Shown: positions 1-7,818 of the stretch, piece after piece
Position numbering within the stretch: position 1 is the first letter of the stretch
Layout: every line of letters begins with the position of its first letter
DNA from: a virus
Taxonomy: Duplodnaviria; Caudoviricetes
Virus record (IMG/VR): IMGVR_UViG_3300028887_000085
Location: 47,111-111,110 of that record
Strand: one strand, 5' to 3'
DNA length: 64,000 bases
Position numbers and translations under genes: made by a program
Notes under the pieces: model-generated
Database searches by the model: none
What the model saw: the letters and a program-made list of their open reading frames with translations, nothing else
What the model was told of the DNA's origin: nothing

Positions 1-609
1 GAGCTCAGAGAGAACTGGAATGGATACGGGTGCTGCGCGTGGTACGACGAAGAAAAGAGCGAAGAGTATATCCGACAAGTCACGACGCTGCTGAGGACGC
101 TGCCTTTCGATATCACGTTCATCGCTCCGCTCCAAGACGGGACCATCGTACAAATCGAATACGAAGATGAGGTATGGTACATCGAATTCGAGCTGAACGA
201 AGACCATACGGCGAGCGTATACGAACAGCTTCCGGACAAAGATCGAGAATACACCTGTTACTGGTGGCAGATCGCGGACCTGCTGCGAGACGGCGGGACA
301 CTCAAAGAGAAAGGAGAAAGTGAAATGGTGAAAGGGCAGCAGGAACGAATGATGTACTGCTTCGGGATCGCCATCGAACTGGTTAAGCGCGGAGAAAGAA
401 TGCGGCGGGAAGGATGGAACGGGAAGCGCCAGTATATCGAACTGGCGACCTGCATCTCCTACAAGAACGCCAAAGGCGAGATCGTGAACGCGGAGCACGA
501 CGCCATAGGGAACGCGGCCATCGCTTTCGTGGGAACATCCGGGGTCCAGCTCGGATGGCTGGCATCTCAGGCGGACATGCTGGCGGAAGACTGGGAGATA
601 TTCGAGTGA
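1..609 (+). CDS. DUF2829/Tad2-like (Thoeris anti-defence 2) domain at 325-609; frame is open from base 1, so possibly an N-terminal fusion truncated by the window
   Basis: FGxAIExVKRG..RxGWNGK and GWLASQADMLAEDW motifs typical of DUF2829; AAAGGAG RBS before ATG 325; no stop in frame 1 from 1 to 324. Confidence 0.75.
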   Translation, partial: ELRENWNGYGCCAWYDEEKSEEYIRQVTTLLRTLPFDITFIAPLQDGTIVQIEYEDEVWYIEFELNEDHTASVYEQLPDKDREYTCYWWQIADLLRDGGTLKEKGESEMVKGQQERMMYCFGIAIELVKRGERMRREGWNGKRQYIELATCISYKNAKGEIVNAEHDAIGNAAIAFVGTSGVQLGWLASQADMLAEDWEIFE

Positions 610-923
610 ACACTATCTGCCTCCGCAACTGCCAGTTCCGAACGCGTACGGGATACTGCGGACGGACGGCGGGGTGCATAGACGATATCAAAGCCTCCGA
701 AACCGTTTCGACATGGACGGCAAACACTTCCAAGATGCCGAAGCTGAAGAAGTGTCCGTTCTGCGGAAGTAAATACAGCCTGAAGGTGGTATCGCATCCG
801 CAAGAAGGATTCAGGGATCGTTACTCGATCCTGTGCGATTACCGCGAAGGCGGCTGCGGCGCTGAGGGGCCGTGGTATCACAGACCGGAAGAAGCGGCGT
901 GGGCGTGGAATCAAAGAACATGA
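606..923 (+). CDS. Lar-like restriction alleviation / zinc-ribbon protein
   Basis: LKKCPFCG...C..GGCGAEGP...AAWAWNQR signature; GTG overlaps the upstream stop. Confidence 0.65.
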   Translation: MNTICLRNCQFRTRTGYCGRTAGCIDDIKASETVSTWTANTSKMPKLKKCPFCGSKYSLKVVSHPQEGFRDRYSILCDYREGGCGAEGPWYHRPEEAAWAWNQRT

Positions 924-935
924 AAGGAGAACACA

Positions 936-1724
936 ATGGAGTACAAGTACAACGTCGGTGACAAGGTGCGCATCCTGGACGGAAGCAAAATCCTTGACTA
1001 TACGGCGGGCTGGACAAAAGGAATGAATTCGCTTGTCGGAGAGGTGAGGAAAATCACCGGGCGCACAGCATATGACGAACGCCCGCACTATTTCCTCGAT
1101 GGACCTGATGCTTTGGGATATAAGTGGGACGAGCGCGGCCTTAAGCTCGTCGAAACGAAGAAGAGCAAACCCCGGATTGTGGTCTACATCGACAAGAACG
1201 ACTCCAGCGTAGTCGTCGCAAAGGATACGGAGACCGGGAAGACCGGGAAAGCAAAGTGCAGCCAGGAAGACACCTTCGACTTCTACACCGGCGCACAGCT
1301 GGCGATGATGCGGCTGTTTGATACGAAGCCCTTCCCGGAGGAGCCGAAGAAGTGGATTCCGAAAGATGGAGATTACGTCATCGGCAACGAAAAGAACGGT
1401 TACGCTTTCACCTCGGGAGGAACGATTTGGAAAATTGCAGCTGTATGCGGCAGGTCAATCACAGTTTCATCTCCAAATAGCAACGTGAAATACCCTGTTG
1501 ATTGCGACTTCTTCGACCATTACACCGGACCGCTCTTCACCGGCGATATGGTTTGCGTTAAAGATGACGGAACCGCGTTTCCAAAGTATGTCAAAGGAAG
1601 GATTTACCATGTGAAAGAAGGGGGAATTGAAGGAGAAGTCAGTCACAACGGTTACATCACTTCCGTCGAAGCTCTGAATGCCGAGTACAAAGACCGGTAC
1701 AAATTCCTGGAAATCGTAAAGTGA
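936..1724 (+). CDS. Phage hypothetical protein (SH3-like repeats plus AKCSxEDxFDFxTGA domain)
   Basis: GAAAGGAG RBS; KYNVGDKVRI start; 262 aa. Confidence 0.65.
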   Translation: MEYKYNVGDKVRILDGSKILDYTAGWTKGMNSLVGEVRKITGRTAYDERPHYFLDGPDALGYKWDERGLKLVETKKSKPRIVVYIDKNDSSVVVAKDTETGKTGKAKCSQEDTFDFYTGAQLAMMRLFDTKPFPEEPKKWIPKDGDYVIGNEKNGYAFTSGGTIWKIAAVCGRSITVSSPNSNVKYPVDCDFFDHYTGPLFTGDMVCVKDDGTAFPKYVKGRIYHVKEGGIEGEVSHNGYITSVEALNAEYKDRYKFLEIVK

Positions 1725-1851
1725 CAGGGGGTGATGCCTGTGTATACCAATCCGGCGTTCCCTTTGGAGTAGAAATGCCCGCTCTCCGTGCGTGAGCGGC
1801 GAGCGGGCGTGGGGTCTTCGGCATGACCTCCTTGGATAGAGAGAAGCGCAT

Positions 1852-1917
1852 GGGTCGCGTAGCGCTGTGCCGACGCAAGCGGCATCCGTGGGGTGGAGAT
1901 CCCTCACGACGCGACTC
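1852..1917 (+). ncRNA. Minimal tRNA-like element (acceptor-like stem plus T-arm-like hairpin)
   Basis: GGGTCGCGT/ACGCGACTC closing stem; GTGGGG-TGGAGAT-CCCTCAC hairpin just before the 3' strand. Confidence 0.4.
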
Positions 1918-1924
1918 TTTATAA

Positions 1925-2007
1925 GGGGCGGTAAGCTCAGGGAAGAGCAGGGGACGATTTCCCCGGCGTACAGAGATACGCAGCCGGTTCGACTCCGGCC
2001 CGCCTCA
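1925..2007 (+). tRNA. Atypical tRNA-like gene (possible GAT anticodon, long variable arm)
   Basis: GGGGCGG/CCGCCTC acceptor, GCTC/GAGC D stem, GGGG-ACGATTT-CCCC anticodon arm, GCGTA/TACGC variable arm, GCCGG-TTCGACT-CCGGC T arm. Confidence 0.55.
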
Positions 2008-2117
2008 GCCGCGTATGCCTCCTTTCAGCTAGAGAAGCGCCGGACCGTGATGGCGCTGCGCCGGAGCAGCATCGGCGTCCGTCCCGTGAAGAGCCGGGGC
2101 GAAGCGGTCCATTATAC

Positions 2118-2193
2118 GCGGGTGTAGCCAAGCGGTGAAGGCATGGGACTTTGACTTCCATATTCGCTGGTTCAAATCCAGCCACCCGTGCCA
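2118..2193 (+). tRNA. tRNA-Gln(TTG) with encoded CCA
   Basis: GCGGGTG/CACCCGT acceptor; TGGGA-CTTTGAC-TTCCA anticodon arm; GCTGG-TTCAAAT-CCAGC T arm. Confidence 0.92.
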
Positions 2194-2236
2194 CCCCACA
2201 GAGGGGATATCAGAAACGGAAAGGAGAGAAACCAAA

Positions 2237-2587
2237 ATGGAAAAGAGCATATTGGAGATGGCGCGTGGTGCGATCACGGAGCGCGTTGACTATGAGATGG
2301 GACGGGTGCTCCAGAACATCCTCGACCCCAACACCAAGGCCACGGCAAAGCGGAAGATTACGCTTACGGTGGAGTTCACGCCTGACGACGAGCGCCAGAC
2401 CATCGACGTGAGCGTTACGGCGAAGAGCGTATTGCAGCCGACGGTTCCCGTGAAGACGGCGCTGTACGCGAGCATGGGCAGCTTCGGCGACTTCGCGGTG
2501 GTGGAGATGACCCCGCAGATCCCCGGACAGACATCACTGGACGGCGACGAGCAGGAGCCCGCGCCGATCCTCAGAATTGCGAAATAA
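2237..2587 (+). CDS. Conserved phage protein, small partner of a DUF2303-like gene (YfdP-like position)
   Basis: GA..ERVD.E..RVL.NILDPNT....KRKITLT motif; AAGGAG RBS. Confidence 0.55.
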   Translation: MEKSILEMARGAITERVDYEMGRVLQNILDPNTKATAKRKITLTVEFTPDDERQTIDVSVTAKSVLQPTVPVKTALYASMGSFGDFAVVEMTPQIPGQTSLDGDEQEPAPILRIAK

Positions 2588-2600
2588 AAGGAGGCACACG

Positions 2601-3317
2601 ATGATGCTGAAAGAAGCAATCGAAAAGATCGAAGAAATGAGCAGCCCTATGGTCTATACGGAGGACGATCATTCCTACGTTCTTTACGCAGATCACACCG
2701 AGGAACTGCGTCCTGCCATCGACTCTCCGGATACGGTGAGGATCAACAGCTTGGACGCTTTGGTGCAGCTCGTGAAGAAAGAGCAGCAGGACCGTCAGAT
2801 TTTCGTCTCCGTCACCGGCCACGACGAGGTTGACGTATATGACTCCCCCAGTGAAGACTCCAGATGGAAGCGGAACGTCCTGTATAACGCCAGAGCCATT
2901 GACATCCCCGGCTGGGAGCCGGAGGTGCAGATGGGATTCGACCAGGCAGCCGTGGCGCTGATGACCCGCTTCCAGGACGGCGGCGACCGCGAGTATACGC
3001 TCCAGCTCCTGAGCCAGATTACCACCGGTGCGAAGGTGACGTACACGGACAACGGCGTGGCAAGCACCATCGTGACGCAGAAAGGCGCGGCGCTGGCGCA
3101 GAACACGACGATCAAGCCGCTGGTCAAGCTCCGCCCCTACCGCACCTTCCAGGAGATCGAGCAGCCTGAGGGCATCTTCCTTATCCGTATATCCGAGCGC
3201 GGAATCACGTTCCGGGAAGCGGACGGCGGCATGTGGAAGCTGACCGCCAGGAACACCGCAAAGGCTTGGCTTCAGGAGCAGCTTCAGGACATGCCGAACG
3301 TAACCGTGATGCTGTAA
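2601..3317 (+). CDS. DUF2303/YfdQ-like phage protein
   Basis: LRPYRTFxEIEQP...F..R...EADGGMW motif; GGAGG RBS; family call is tentative. Confidence 0.55.
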   Translation: MMLKEAIEKIEEMSSPMVYTEDDHSYVLYADHTEELRPAIDSPDTVRINSLDALVQLVKKEQQDRQIFVSVTGHDEVDVYDSPSEDSRWKRNVLYNARAIDIPGWEPEVQMGFDQAAVALMTRFQDGGDREYTLQLLSQITTGAKVTYTDNGVASTIVTQKGAALAQNTTIKPLVKLRPYRTFQEIEQPEGIFLIRISERGITFREADGGMWKLTARNTAKAWLQEQLQDMPNVTVML

Positions 3318-3351
3318 GACATCGCTGACTGCCGGGAATAGACCGGCACCA

Positions 3352-3422
3352 TGCCGGACGAGGACGAGCGCAAGCCACAGGAGCGATACGCTGCAAGGGT
3401 TCGATTCCCTGGTCCGGCACCA
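3352..3422 (+). ncRNA. tRNA-like element with acceptor stem, T arm and CCA but no recognisable D/anticodon arms
   Basis: TGCCGGAC/GTCCGGCA-CCA; AGGG-TTCGATT-CCCT. Confidence 0.55.
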
Positions 3423-3690
3423 GAGGTTCCGCAAGGTATAAGAGCCGGGGATAAGTCCTCTCCCCGGACGGTGGGCAAACCGTGATTAAACCCGTTTTTT
3501 CTCCCTCCTCTGACAAGGGGGCCTCCCGGATGACTCGGACACGCCGGGGTAAAAGGAAAGAGCCGGGTGCGCATGGGGCTACAGGGAACGCTCAGAAACC
3601 ATGCAAGAAAAGTGAGCGCCGGAGGGTGTGTCTCCTGACCACACGACAATCGGAATAGACCGATGGACAGCCCGGAGAGACGGGCATTAT

Positions 3691-3812
3691 GCCGGGGTAG
3701 CTCAGTAGGTAGAGCGCCTGCCCGATGAAGGTGGAGCTGTCACCGTTCGATTCGGTGAGCGTTTAACACGCGATGGAGCCTTGCGTGGGTTCGAGTCCCA
3801 CCCCCGGCACAA
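3691..3812 (+). ncRNA. Expanded tRNA-like RNA (~120 nt) containing a second internal T-loop hairpin
   Basis: GCCGGGG/CCCCGGC acceptor, canonical TAGCTCAGTAGGTAGAGC D arm, terminal GTGGG-TTCGAGT-CCCAC, internal TCACCG-TTCGATT-CGGTGA. Confidence 0.6.
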
Positions 3813-4149
3813 ACCCCGCAAGCGGCGGAGGAAGCGCGAGAAGCTGGATTCGTGTCTGCTATCCGGATAGCGGCGGCTTGTTAAGCCGTGAAACGCACGA
3901 GGGTCGGTGATAAGGCCAAGCGCGGCGGGGTGCAACGTCGGCAAGCAGGGGACATTAAATCCCTAGGCTACAGCGAGCGACGGGGACGTTCCTCGGTTCG
4001 CAAAAGTGGTGCAGGACCACACCGACGATAGCACCGGCAGACGTGCCGCCCGTGCGAGTCGGGCGCGAGGAGAGCGATAGATCGGCAGAAGATAAGTCCG
4101 AAGTTTGCGGGGAACGCCGATTCCTTTGCCCCGCAGTTCGGCACAATGG

Positions 4150-4236
4150 AGTCCACGCGGGACGGTCCCGCGAAGGTGTGCGAGAGTGGTTCGAGTCCGC
4201 TTGTCTCCTGGTTCGACTCCGGGGGGCGCATGGACT
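4150..4236 (+). ncRNA. Structured element with two tandem T-loop hairpins
   Basis: AGTCCA/TGGACT closing stem; AGTGG-TTCGAGT-CCGCT and CTCCTGG-TTCGACT-CCGGGGG. Confidence 0.5.
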
Positions 4237-4262
4237 GCAATATCACCTTCCTCCATTTTTAC

Positions 4263-4336
4263 GCGGGTGTAGTTCAGAGGTAGAACACCAGCCTTCCAAG
4301 CTGGGAGCGCCGGTTCAAATCCGGTCACTCGCTCCA
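4263..4336 (+). tRNA. tRNA-Gly(TCC) with encoded CCA
   Basis: GCGGGTG/CACTCGC acceptor; CCAGC-CTTCCAA-GCTGG anticodon arm; GCCGG-TTCAAAT-CCGGT T arm. Confidence 0.93.
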
Positions 4337-4658
4337 CGCCCGATTAGCTTCATCTATACAAAGCGTCCATAAAGAAGGACGGGATGAAGACGGGCTTCCC
4401 CGTTCGACGGCGTACAACGACGGCGGGTGATGAATAGTGGCTGGCACCGGCCTGAGAATAGAAACGGATGCCACCCATGCGCGGGGGCAGGGCTGAAATG
4501 TTCCGTGGTGGAGAGGTCGTCCGAATCCGGCAAGCTCTGAGGGATATCGGAATGCGGAGAGGCAACGACGGGCAACGAATACGTGCGACCCGTGCGTGAG
4601 TAAGAGAACTGCCGGACGGGCGACCGATCCATTGTGTCGCAAAGGAGAGAAGAATCCA

Positions 4659-4880
4659 GTGGCAAAGAAATCAGCGCTTCCGGCGCTTGAACCGTGCCCC
4701 GTCTGCGGGCGCGACGGTCAATCGAAAGACGTGATGCAGCCTTTCTCCCACGGTTGGGTCGGCTGCAAGGAATGCCAGAAGATCATCTACTGGACGGGAA
4801 AAGGAAAACGGACGGCAGTTGACGCCTGGAACATAGGAGCAAGGAGAGAAGCAAATGGGAACCGGAAATATTCAACCTGA
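4659..4880 (+). CDS. Lar-like zinc-finger protein
   Basis: LEPCPVCG...CKEC...AVDAWN; AAAGGAG RBS before GTG. Confidence 0.55.
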   Translation: MAKKSALPALEPCPVCGRDGQSKDVMQPFSHGWVGCKECQKIIYWTGKGKRTAVDAWNIGARREANGNRKYST

Positions 4881-5226
4881 AATCCAAGTCTTTGACAACG
4901 ACCCGTTCGCAATGGTGTGGCAGGCGTACCGCAACCTTTATCCCGGTAGGCCGTGCCCGTCCGTCGAATGGTGCCATATCGACGATGCCGACCCTGAGAC
5001 CGGAAAAGCATGGGGATACACCGTATTCACCGACGACGGAGAGATCGCCGTTTTCGTCTCATGCGACATCAAGGTGCAGGACGCCGTGGAGATACTGGCT
5101 CATGAGCTGGCGCACGTCGCCGTCGGCGCGGAGGAAGATCACGGTGAGAAGTGGGAAGCGGCGTTTGAGGCAATCTTCCAGGAATACAACCGGATCGGAG
5201 CGGAGCTGGCCGATGAAGAAGTGTGA
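4855..5226 (+). CDS. SprT/zincin-like HExxH protein
   Basis: ILAHELAHVAVG...HGEKW. Confidence 0.65.
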   Translation: MGTGNIQPEIQVFDNDPFAMVWQAYRNLYPGRPCPSVEWCHIDDADPETGKAWGYTVFTDDGEIAVFVSCDIKVQDAVEILAHELAHVAVGAEEDHGEKWEAAFEAIFQEYNRIGAELADEEV

Positions 5227-5491
5227 ATTCTGCCAAGGGGACGGATTCATCGAAGACGAATACGGCGAGTGGAAGCTGGAAGCGATGAGGATAGTTCCGC
5301 TTTCACCGCAGTCCCCATATTGGGCGCTCTTCATGAAGTATCTAGACGAGGACTTCACGGCAGGAGAAAAAGCCAGCTTCCCCATCAAGTTCTGCCCCAT
5401 GTGCGGGATGAGCCTGAGCGAGAACAAAGTCAACGTCCTGATGAACGCAGAAGAGATGGCGACCGCGCTGAGAAGGAGAAAAACAAAATGA
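5213..5491 (+). CDS. Small zinc-binding phage protein
   Basis: CEFC ... IKFCPMCG; translationally coupled. Confidence 0.6.
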   Translation: MKKCEFCQGDGFIEDEYGEWKLEAMRIVPLSPQSPYWALFMKYLDEDFTAGEKASFPIKFCPMCGMSLSENKVNVLMNAEEMATALRRRKTK

Positions 5492-5853
5492 GCGGCTTAT
5501 ACATCAAGGGGATGAAGATGCCGGAGCCTGGAACGGTGCTGGATGTCAAAGTGTATAGCGATGGTCTTGTGACCGTGTGGGACAAAAAGATTGGGTGGCT
5601 ACATCATCATGCCATCCCCATCCCCGATGTGGTGGAGCGGCCCAGGTGGATTCCCGTGAAGGAGCGGTTGCCGGATGCCTACGAGGACGTGCTGCTTCAG
5701 TTCCCGAATAATCAGGCGGCGGGATTCTGCGACAGAGACGGCTGCTGGGGCGTTTATTCCGGTGACGGGTTCTATACCGAAGTTGCCAACAACGAGCCGA
5801 AACCTACGCATTGGATGAAGAAACTGCCGGAGCCGCCAAAGGAGGAAACATGA
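5488..5853 (+). CDS. DUF551-family phage protein
   Basis: WIPVKERLP ... THWMKKLPEPPKEE. Confidence 0.7.
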   Translation: MSGLYIKGMKMPEPGTVLDVKVYSDGLVTVWDKKIGWLHHHAIPIPDVVERPRWIPVKERLPDAYEDVLLQFPNNQAAGFCDRDGCWGVYSGDGFYTEVANNEPKPTHWMKKLPEPPKEET

Positions 5854-6212
5854 GCGTACTGATTAAGGGCATGGAGATGCCTGTCATCGAACTTGAGTGG
5901 ACAATACGGCACGGCGCTGACGGAAAATGGTACGCCATAGATACCAACGCCGAAACAACGGACGGAGAATGGCACGAAATCGTCCCCGTCCCGCCGCATG
6001 GGGATTTGATAGAACGCGACGCTGCCTATGACAAAATCGCGGAGCGGGAGGATCATATCGACTACTGCACTGAATGCGAGCACATCCGGCTTGTCCGTGG
6101 GGTTCCTTACTGCGGCATCAGCGGGAAACTCCTGCACCCCATGATGTATACGCCGATTGAGGGCGGCGGCAGCGGACCGGCACGGAACTGTGAGAAGCGG
6201 AGGAATACCTAG
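5850..6212 (+). CDS. Phage hypothetical protein
   Basis: MSVLIKGMEMP...VPPHGDLI; GGAGG RBS. Confidence 0.6.
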   Translation: MSVLIKGMEMPVIELEWTIRHGADGKWYAIDTNAETTDGEWHEIVPVPPHGDLIERDAAYDKIAEREDHIDYCTECEHIRLVRGVPYCGISGKLLHPMMYTPIEGGGSGPARNCEKRRNT

Positions 6213-6213
6213 A

Positions 6214-7088
6214 ATGGCAATCATCACTTTCAAGGACGCGGACGGCGCGGAGCAGACTCTGGATACGGCGCAGAAGTTCAATACGGCGTATCACGCGGAT
6301 TGCCTTGAAGTCCTCCGTGCGATGCCAGATCAGTGCATCGACCTGATCGTGGCAGATCCCCCGTATGGGAGCGGCCTTACGGAAAACGGCGGATGTCAAG
6401 GGTGGTTTTCCAAATATCATCAAGACAGCACTGAGCACCGCAATCTGCGTGGCCGCTTCGACAAATACAACGACAGTTCACAAACTGTTAATGTAGAGAG
6501 AGAGAGAGAGAGAGAAGCGCACCGGCGTACAACAGGTTCGGAAGTCCGGGAAGCAGATTTGAGAAGTACAAGCGTATCCCGGACGGGCGGGACACGGGCG
6601 GAGAAGTACGGAAAAAAATCATAGCGTGGGACGTGGCACCTGGAAAAGAAGTCTTCGACGAGCTTTTCCGCGTCTCACGCGAGCAGATCATATGGGGCGG
6701 AAACTACTTTGAACTTCCACCGACGCGCTGTTTCCTGATCTGGAGAAAGCTGACAATCAGTGAAAGCTTCACGATGGCGATGGCTGAATACGCCTGGACC
6801 AGCTTCAACGCGAACGCCAAGGTATTTGAATGCGCACCGCAGGGGAAGCCGGGCGACGATCGCTTCCATCCAACACAAAAGCCGATAGACCTTTATCGCT
6901 GGATATACGGGCTGTTTGCGAAGCCTGGTATGACGGTCTTCGACCCTTTCCTCGGAAGCGGAAGCAGCCGCATAGCGGCGTATGAAGCGGGACTAAACTT
7001 CATCGGCTGCGAGATCGACCCGGTGTATTTTCGGAAACAGGAAGAGCGCTTCGAGCGCATGACGGATAACTACAGCATGTTCGACTAG
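6214..7088 (+). CDS. Amino (N6/N4) DNA methyltransferase split across reading frames (6214-6624 frame 1; catalytic remainder in frame 3)
   Basis: DPPY in the first ORF; IIWGGNYF, HPTQKP, DPFLGSGS in the second; (AG)10 at 6495-6514 and A7 at 6612-6618 lie at the frame changes. Confidence 0.85.
6495..6514 (+). repeat. (AG)10 simple sequence repeat inside the methyltransferase gene
   Basis: Counted directly; encodes ...VERERERE. Confidence 0.95.
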
Positions 7089-7091
7089 GGG

Positions 7092-7802
7092 GTGAAAACC
7101 ATTATTAACGAAGCTATTTGCGGGGACTGCCTCTCCGGGATGAAAAGCCTTGCGGACAAGACTGTTGACCTCGCAATCGTTGACGCACCCTACGGTCGCA
7201 AAGAACACGGCGGGAAGTTCCGGGGACATTTCGTCCTGCAGAGGAATGGAGACCGTCTATATGTTTCCGACGCAGGTTACGAGAAAAAAGACTGGGATTA
7301 CGCTCCTGCGGGCGTGGAATACTTCCAGGAGATCATGCGCGTGTCAAAGGCACAGATTATTTGGGGGTGTAACTACTATCCCATCGTGTTCGGACCAGGC
7401 CGCATCATTTGGGACAAATGTAACGACGGATCGGATCAGTCGGACTGCGAGATCGCCTATAACTCGCTGACAGACCGCGTGGACATATTCCGGTATATGT
7501 GGCGCGGAATGATGCAGGGAAAGAGCATCGAAGAAGGAACCATTCAGCAAGGAAACAAAGCTCTCAACGAGAAGCGAATCCATCCATGCCAGAAACCCGT
7601 GAACCTTTACCGATGGATTCTTCGGACATACGCGAAAAAAGGATGGGTGATCCTTGACCCATTCCTGGGATCTGGAAGCTCACGAATCGCTGCATATGAC
7701 TTTGGACTTGATTTCGTCGGTTTTGAGATCGACACAGCATATTATGCGGCGCAGGAAGAACGATTCAGAGCGTACACGGATCAGGCAAACATGTTCGTAT
7801 GA
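7092..7802 (+). CDS. Amino DNA methyltransferase (beta class)
   Basis: DAPY, IIWGCNYY, HPCQKP, DPFLGSGS. Confidence 0.88.
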   Translation: MKTIINEAICGDCLSGMKSLADKTVDLAIVDAPYGRKEHGGKFRGHFVLQRNGDRLYVSDAGYEKKDWDYAPAGVEYFQEIMRVSKAQIIWGCNYYPIVFGPGRIIWDKCNDGSDQSDCEIAYNSLTDRVDIFRYMWRGMMQGKSIEEGTIQQGNKALNEKRIHPCQKPVNLYRWILRTYAKKGWVILDPFLGSGSSRIAAYDFGLDFVGFEIDTAYYAAQEERFRAYTDQANMFV

Positions 7803-7818
7803 AGAGAGGAGGCACAGC

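Noticed and set aside
2083-2110. Hammerhead-like GTGAAGA-GCC..GGC-GAAG
   Set aside because: The core needs CUGANGA and GAAA; both deviate and stems I/III are not evident.
4080-4110. Similarity to the RNase P GAGGAAAGTCC motif
   Set aside because: Only a partial match (GATAAGTCCG) and no matching 3' conserved region.
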